A stretch of DNA of 64,000 nucleotides from a bacterium (GTDB taxonomy: Bacteria > UBA8248). Shown here one piece after another: positions 59,069-64,000 of this stretch (its first letter is position 1; each line of letters begins with the position of its first letter). The stretch covers positions 704,001 to 768,000 of the forward strand of contig CBDATS010000005.1 of NCBI GenBank assembly GCA_965200245.1, written 5' to 3'. The notes below the pieces were generated by a model. It made no database searches. It had not been told where the DNA came from and worked only from the letters and a program-made list of their open reading frames with translations. A program made the position numbers and the translations under genes.

Positions 59069-59446
59069 CTAGAGAAACCTGGCGCCCTCGATGATCGCCT
59101 CACCGAAGTTTACACCTTCGATGTCCGCGCCTGTCAAATCCGCGTCGCGGAAACTTGTGCCCGCGACGTCGGCATCGCTTAGGAGCGCGTCGCGCAGGAC
59201 GACGCCCTCCAGATCGGCGTTTCGCAAATCCGTCTCACGCAAGTCTGCGCCCGAAAGATCGGCGGCGCTCAAGTCCGCGCGTACCAGACTCGCGCCTCTT
59301 AATTTGGCGTCGGTAAGGTCACACCCGCTCAGGTCCGTCCAAGAGAGGTCTTCACCCTCCATGGAGAGGGGCTCGCCTTTTTGCGCGGCTTCTTCAATAA
59401 GTTGTTCCAACTTCTCGCGCGGCATGTTCATGTCGGGGAAAATCAT
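59069..59446 (-). CDS. Pentapeptide-repeat protein
   Basis: A run of A(D/N)Lxx repeats. Confidence 0.92.
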   Translation of the reverse strand: MIFPDMNMPREKLEQLIEEAAQKGEPLSMEGEDLSWTDLSGCDLTDAKLRGASLVRADLSAADLSGADLRETDLRNADLEGVVLRDALLSDADVAGTSFRDADLTGADIEGVNFGEAIIEGARFL

Positions 59447-59645
59447 AGATCAGACAGGCGAACTTGCAAGGCCGGATTGACAAGAATCCGACGTGATGCC
59501 TACAAAGACACTCACGTACAGACCCTTTGAAGATGTGCAAGCGCCCCTCTTCGAAGAACCATCAAACTGAAAATGCGCGCTTGAAATTCTTGCAACGAAG
59601 GCGGAGAGCGCTCTCCCCGCCGCTGAAAATCGACAGGAGAATTCC

Positions 59646-61427
59646 ATGAAGGTGAAACGGGTAGGCGTCATCGGTCTGGGGACGATGGGTTCGAACATCG
59701 CCATCGTCTGCACTCGGGGTGGCAAGGAAACGACGGTTTTCGAGGCAAACGCGCAGGCCATGGAGGCGGGCATGACGCGGGTACGCTCATTCCTGGACGC
59801 GGGCATCGAGAAGGGCAAGACCTCTCCTGAGGAGAGAAAAGCGATGCTGGGTCGAATTACGCAAGCCGAATCGATCTCGGGACTTCAAGATTGTGACCTG
59901 GTGATCGAGGCCATCACCGAAGATAGCGAGGAGAAGAACAAGCTGCTCCGCAGCCTGAACGCCGTACTAGGCAAAAAGGCCATCATCGCTTCCAACACGA
60001 GCACACTCTCCATCTCCCACATGGGAGCGGCATCGGGACGCCCTTCGAAGACCATCGGCACGCATTTTTGCCTACCGGCAGCACTCAACAGACTCGTGGA
60101 AGTTGCCCCTGCCCTCCTCACGAGTCAAGAGACCACGAGTGCGACCATGGCCTTTTTGGAAGATGTCGGCCAGACGCCCGTTCTGGTGAAAGATGCACCC
60201 GGCTTCGTGCTGAATTACTTCCTCGTGGCGTTCCAGAACGACTGCATCCGCCTTATCGAATCAGGCTACACGAACCCGGCGGATCTGGACACGGGCGTGC
60301 GCCTGGGCCTCGGCTACAGGATGGGTCCCATGCGCCTACTTGACATTGAGGGACTGGATATCCACCGCACAGTCTCGCTCTCGATGTACGAACAACTGAA
60401 AGACCCGCGCTACATCCCTCCGCCGCTGGTTGACCGCATGATAGATGCGGGCTATCTGGGCGCCAAGACGGGCAAGGGGTTTTACACCTATAAGTCCGCC
60501 GGCGTGTTCGGCGTCGCCGAACCGGAAGAAGACGCAGCGAATGCGCGCGACCTCTCCTCTGGGCAGACCATCGCGGACGCAGTGAAGAAAGTCGGCGTCA
60601 TCGGCCTAGGGGCCATGGGTTCGGGCATCGCACAGGTCTGTTTGACCGCAGGGCTGGAAGTCACTGGTATCGAGGTGAGCGCGGAGACTCTCGAAACGGG
60701 CCTCAACCGCATCCGCAGGAACCTCGACGGCGCAGTGAAACGCGGGAAAATGGACGAAGCCAAAAAAGAGGAAACGCTCGCGCGCCTTGACGGTTCGACC
60801 GATCTGGGGGCGCTTTCCGATTGCGACCTCATTATCGAGGTGATCATCGAAAACCTCGACGCCAAACTCGAACTCTTCGAAAAACTCGGAGAAATAGCGA
60901 AAGAAAGAGCGATCATTGCGTCGAACACTTCTTGCCTCTCCGTGACCGCCATGGCGGCCAAGACGAAAACCCCTGAGCGCGTGGTGGGCCTTCACTTTTT
61001 CAACCCACCCTACGCCATGCGGCTCGTTGAGGTGGTCGAAGCCATCCAGACCGCACCCGAGATCACAGAGTTCGGCATCGCGTTCTGCCACCGAATCGGC
61101 AAGACACCTATTCCCGTCAAGGACAGACCCGGTTTCCTGGTGAACCGCTTGCTAGTCCCTTATCTCAATCACGCCGCCCATGCGTTCGATGAAGGCCTCG
61201 CGGACAGCGAGAGCATGGACAAGGCCATCAGCATGGGACTCGGACACCCCATGGGGCCACTCACGCTCATCGACCTGGTAGGCGTAGATGTGCAGACCTT
61301 CGTTGCCGACTCGATGGCCGAAGAGTTGGGCGAGGCGAGATTCTACGCCCCGCCCATCCTGCGCCGGATGACCTCGGCTGGGTGGCTGGGCAGAAAGACA
61401 GGCAAAGGTTTTTATGACTACGAATAA
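59646..61427 (+). CDS. 3-hydroxyacyl-CoA dehydrogenase with two complete tandem modules
   Basis: Two sets of 'GVIGLG.MG', 'IASNTS', 'HF', 'PGF..N', 'MGP..L.D' and 'G.KTGKGFY'. Confidence 0.92.
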   Translation: MKVKRVGVIGLGTMGSNIAIVCTRGGKETTVFEANAQAMEAGMTRVRSFLDAGIEKGKTSPEERKAMLGRITQAESISGLQDCDLVIEAITEDSEEKNKLLRSLNAVLGKKAIIASNTSTLSISHMGAASGRPSKTIGTHFCLPAALNRLVEVAPALLTSQETTSATMAFLEDVGQTPVLVKDAPGFVLNYFLVAFQNDCIRLIESGYTNPADLDTGVRLGLGYRMGPMRLLDIEGLDIHRTVSLSMYEQLKDPRYIPPPLVDRMIDAGYLGAKTGKGFYTYKSAGVFGVAEPEEDAANARDLSSGQTIADAVKKVGVIGLGAMGSGIAQVCLTAGLEVTGIEVSAETLETGLNRIRRNLDGAVKRGKMDEAKKEETLARLDGSTDLGALSDCDLIIEVIIENLDAKLELFEKLGEIAKERAIIASNTSCLSVTAMAAKTKTPERVVGLHFFNPPYAMRLVEVVEAIQTAPEITEFGIAFCHRIGKTPIPVKDRPGFLVNRLLVPYLNHAAHAFDEGLADSESMDKAISMGLGHPMGPLTLIDLVGVDVQTFVADSMAEELGEARFYAPPILRRMTSAGWLGRKTGKGFYDYE

Positions 61428-61498
61428 ACGTACCCGGCAGTCGCCCCGGGAATAGCGATGCGCATCCCGGTTGCTGCACCTATCATCCCGCGAGAGAA

Positions 61499-62452
61499 GT
61501 GATGAGCCGCGCGTTTCCAAAGCCAGTAGTCGTGGTGAGCAAGTGCTTGGAGTTCGAGGCATGCCGCTACAACGGCGAGCGAATCTCGGCACCCTTCATC
61601 GAACGGCTCGAACCCCATGTGCGTTTCCGGCCCGTCTGTCCCGAGGTGGCGATTGGCTTGTCCACGCCAAGAGACCCGATACGAATCCACTTACAAGACG
61701 GGAAGAAACGTCTCTACCAGCCCACCACGCAGAGGCAACTCACACGAAAGATGAACACCTTTTCCAGACGGTTTCTTGAGAATATCGAAGAAGTTGACGG
61801 TTTTATTCTCAAGGCAAAATCACCATCGTGCGCGATCACCGACGCCAAGATTTTTCCTTCCGCTGCAGCGGGCGATCACGTAACCTTGGGGTCGGGCCTG
61901 TTCGCAGGCGCCGTTCTCGAGAGATTCGGCGCGCGCGCGTTCGTGGACGAAACCGAGTTGAACGACACCGAAGTCCGTGAAGGTTTTCTCACCAAAATCT
62001 TCGCGCTTGCAGCCTTTCGCGAAGCCCGGGAATCAGGCCACCCCGCCAGCCTCACCCGCTACCACGCGGAGAACAAGCTCCTGTTCCTGGCCTATGACCA
62101 AGAGATAATGAGGGGGATGGGGCACATCGCGGCGAACCGCGAAAAATACGCGTTCCGTGAGGCCATCTCCACATACGAAGGCGCACTCACGAGACTTCTC
62201 TCCCGTTCACCTACGCGCGCCTCATGGGTGAACGCTCTCACCCACGCTATGGGACATTTTTCGAAAAAAAATGGATCGAGAGACAAAGCGCTCTTTCTCG
62301 ATGCGATAGAAGAATATCGTCAGAGAAAAGCCCCGCTATACGAGTTGATCGAAACCCTCAGAGGGTGGATCGCGCACCTTGGTTCTAAATATCTCGAGGC
62401 GCAGACTCTTTTCGAGCCCTATCCGAAGGAATTGGGGGGTGGGATAACCTGA
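61499..62452 (+). CDS. DUF523+DUF1722 (YbgA / 2-thiouracil desulfurase-like) protein
   Basis: 'VSKCL...CRYNG', 'PVCPEV.IGL.TPR', 'LKAKSPSC', 'H..NKL' and 'YLEAQT...PYP'. Confidence 0.9.
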   Translation: MMSRAFPKPVVVVSKCLEFEACRYNGERISAPFIERLEPHVRFRPVCPEVAIGLSTPRDPIRIHLQDGKKRLYQPTTQRQLTRKMNTFSRRFLENIEEVDGFILKAKSPSCAITDAKIFPSAAAGDHVTLGSGLFAGAVLERFGARAFVDETELNDTEVREGFLTKIFALAAFREARESGHPASLTRYHAENKLLFLAYDQEIMRGMGHIAANREKYAFREAISTYEGALTRLLSRSPTRASWVNALTHAMGHFSKKNGSRDKALFLDAIEEYRQRKAPLYELIETLRGWIAHLGSKYLEAQTLFEPYPKELGGGIT

Positions 62453-62879
62453 CATCGAAACGAAAGGCCCAGTATCTTGGGCAACAGGGTTTGCGCAAAG
62501 TCATGCAATGTCCTGATGGATTATTGAAGTTAAACGTCGGGGTGATGACTACCACTCATCATGGATTGAACGGCCATTCTGTAATGACCTGGAAAAGAGA
62601 AAAACGAACTGTTTCAGATTGCCAACGACCATTGTTGCAGGTTTCTGAAAATCAAATCGTTGGAATCGGGGGTGAGCCGGGTAAGCTGGCGCCTTCCGGT
62701 GTAACGACATCTGGACCCACCCGCCTCCGCACATCCTGAAAGTAGATACCTCATTCCAGGTCAAAAATTTATACCCATTCACTCCACACCCCCGGATAAC
62801 AATCTCATGGCGAAGCAACCCGATTTGGTGATATAATGAGGACTTTATTCCAGGGAGTTGAATCACTGAGGACATTGCA

Positions 62880-63521
62880 ATGCCAAGACGCCATAAAGTG
62901 CGCAAATTCAAGCCCTATCTCATGCGCTACCTTCATTCGGACGACCCGAACTACGAGCCCGTGCTGAGAGATCTGCTTGAGCACGAACATGAGGTCTATG
63001 ACGAGAGTACCGTCGGCGAGGGCGCGGAGGCGACCCGTGGGGAGAGGCTTCCTCATATGTGGCACGTTGTCTTTACGGAACTTACCGACATTCTCACCCC
63101 ATTCCACATCGAACAGCTTTTCGAGCGTCTGGAGAGAGATTTCTCGGCTACGTGCCAAACGATTCGAGAGATGTCCGACCCGCAGCCGATGAAGGAAGAC
63201 CCTGAGTTCCGGCACTACCTCATGCGGTACCTCAACACGAACGACCCGAACTACGAACCCGTGCTGAGAGATCTGCTCGAACACGAACACGAGATTTACG
63301 ACACCATAACAGCGAGAGAAGATATAGATTTCCAGCGCGGCGAACGCGGTACGCTCACGTGGCAGGCCGTCCACAGCGAACTCTCGACAGTCGCCTCGCC
63401 AGAGCAGATTCGGGAACTCTTCGACAAGCTGGAGAAAGATTTCTCGGCTACCTGCGCGCTATTCCACGAAATGGCCGAGGCGGAAAAACTCATTCAGGAA
63501 GAGGAAGGCGGACCCGGCTAG
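62880..63521 (+). CDS. Hypothetical protein with two tandem ~100-aa repeats
   Basis: 'YLMRYL..DPNYEPVLRDLLEHEHE.YD' and 'LF..LE.DFSATC' each occur twice. GAGG RBS and TATAAT upstream. Confidence 0.75.
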   Translation: MPRRHKVRKFKPYLMRYLHSDDPNYEPVLRDLLEHEHEVYDESTVGEGAEATRGERLPHMWHVVFTELTDILTPFHIEQLFERLERDFSATCQTIREMSDPQPMKEDPEFRHYLMRYLNTNDPNYEPVLRDLLEHEHEIYDTITAREDIDFQRGERGTLTWQAVHSELSTVASPEQIRELFDKLEKDFSATCALFHEMAEAEKLIQEEEGGPG

Positions 63522-63647
63522 TCTTGCTTTCAAGCCTCTTGCCACTACAGACCGTGGGATCCTTGGGATATAAAGCTTATCGAGTCATAGACAACCGGAC
63601 ACGGCTTCAAAACCGAAGTTCACAACTTATCGATAAGGGAGGCCCGC

Positions 63648-64000
63648 ATGGCGAAATACTCATACGATCATCTCCATTTCAGGAGCGAGGATCCGCACGT
63701 TGCCCGTGATTTCTGGATCAACATGTTCGACGCCAACGTCGTGGAAGAGAGAACGTTGGGAGGCGCACCGTCGTTCAAGTTGGACCTGAACGGCATGGTG
63801 TTCCTCGTTTCGGGCCGAGCTGAGGGAGAAGACCCTGTGCGGACGGGCTCCGAACCCCGCTACGGGCTGGACCATTTCGGACTCCTGGTCGACGACATGG
63901 ACGAGGCTCAAAAAGAACTTACCGAGAAGGGTGCCGAGTGGATCTGCGAACCTTGGGAAATACGCCCGGGGGTGAAAATCGCCTTCATCAAAGGTCCAGA
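63648..64000 (+). CDS. VOC/glyoxalase family protein (truncated by the window end)
   Basis: GGGAGG RBS, then MAKYSYDHLHFRSEDP...YGLDHFGLLVDD...PWEIRPGVKIAFIKGP. Confidence 0.88.
   Translation, partial: MAKYSYDHLHFRSEDPHVARDFWINMFDANVVEERTLGGAPSFKLDLNGMVFLVSGRAEGEDPVRTGSEPRYGLDHFGLLVDDMDEAQKELTEKGAEWICEPWEIRPGVKIAFIKGP

Noticed and set aside
62460-62860. Short ORFs or an ncRNA in the lower-GC spacer
   Set aside because: No recognisable protein or RNA structure; only a TATAAT near 62832 that probably belongs to the downstream promoter.
62940-63300. 300-nt-spaced direct repeats as a DGR template/variable pair or att sites
   Set aside because: Both copies lie in one ORF, the differences are mainly synonymous rather than adenine-specific, and there is no RT or integrase nearby.

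Overview
A GC-rich bacterial chromosomal segment, mostly housekeeping and catabolic genes. The gene mix suggests a Nitrospinota/Tectomicrobia-like, possibly sponge-associated organism; this is inference only. It contains a cobalamin uptake operon (TonB receptor, BtuF, start of the permease) behind two tandem cobalamin riboswitches, and an argH-lipoprotein-lysA-dapF...dapB run split by an ECF-sigma/anti-sigma/Spy-like cassette. Further on are tandem CocE/NonD hydrolases, a CoA-transferase/acyl-CoA dehydrogenase/MaoC cluster, a Slam-type outer-membrane translocator, a secreted ankyrin protein, rpmG-rpmB, addBA and many oxidoreductases. An AT-rich islet (~27.1-28.6 kb) encodes an unrecognised repeat protein. 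Next to it sits an IS256 element with intact inverted repeats and a perfect 9-bp target duplication. Its transposase is wrecked by inferred substitutions that are almost all A:T to G:C, mostly CT>CC / AG>GG, which is the most unusual signal I can see. Several genes carry single stop or frameshift lesions. I found no rRNA, tRNA or CRISPR array.
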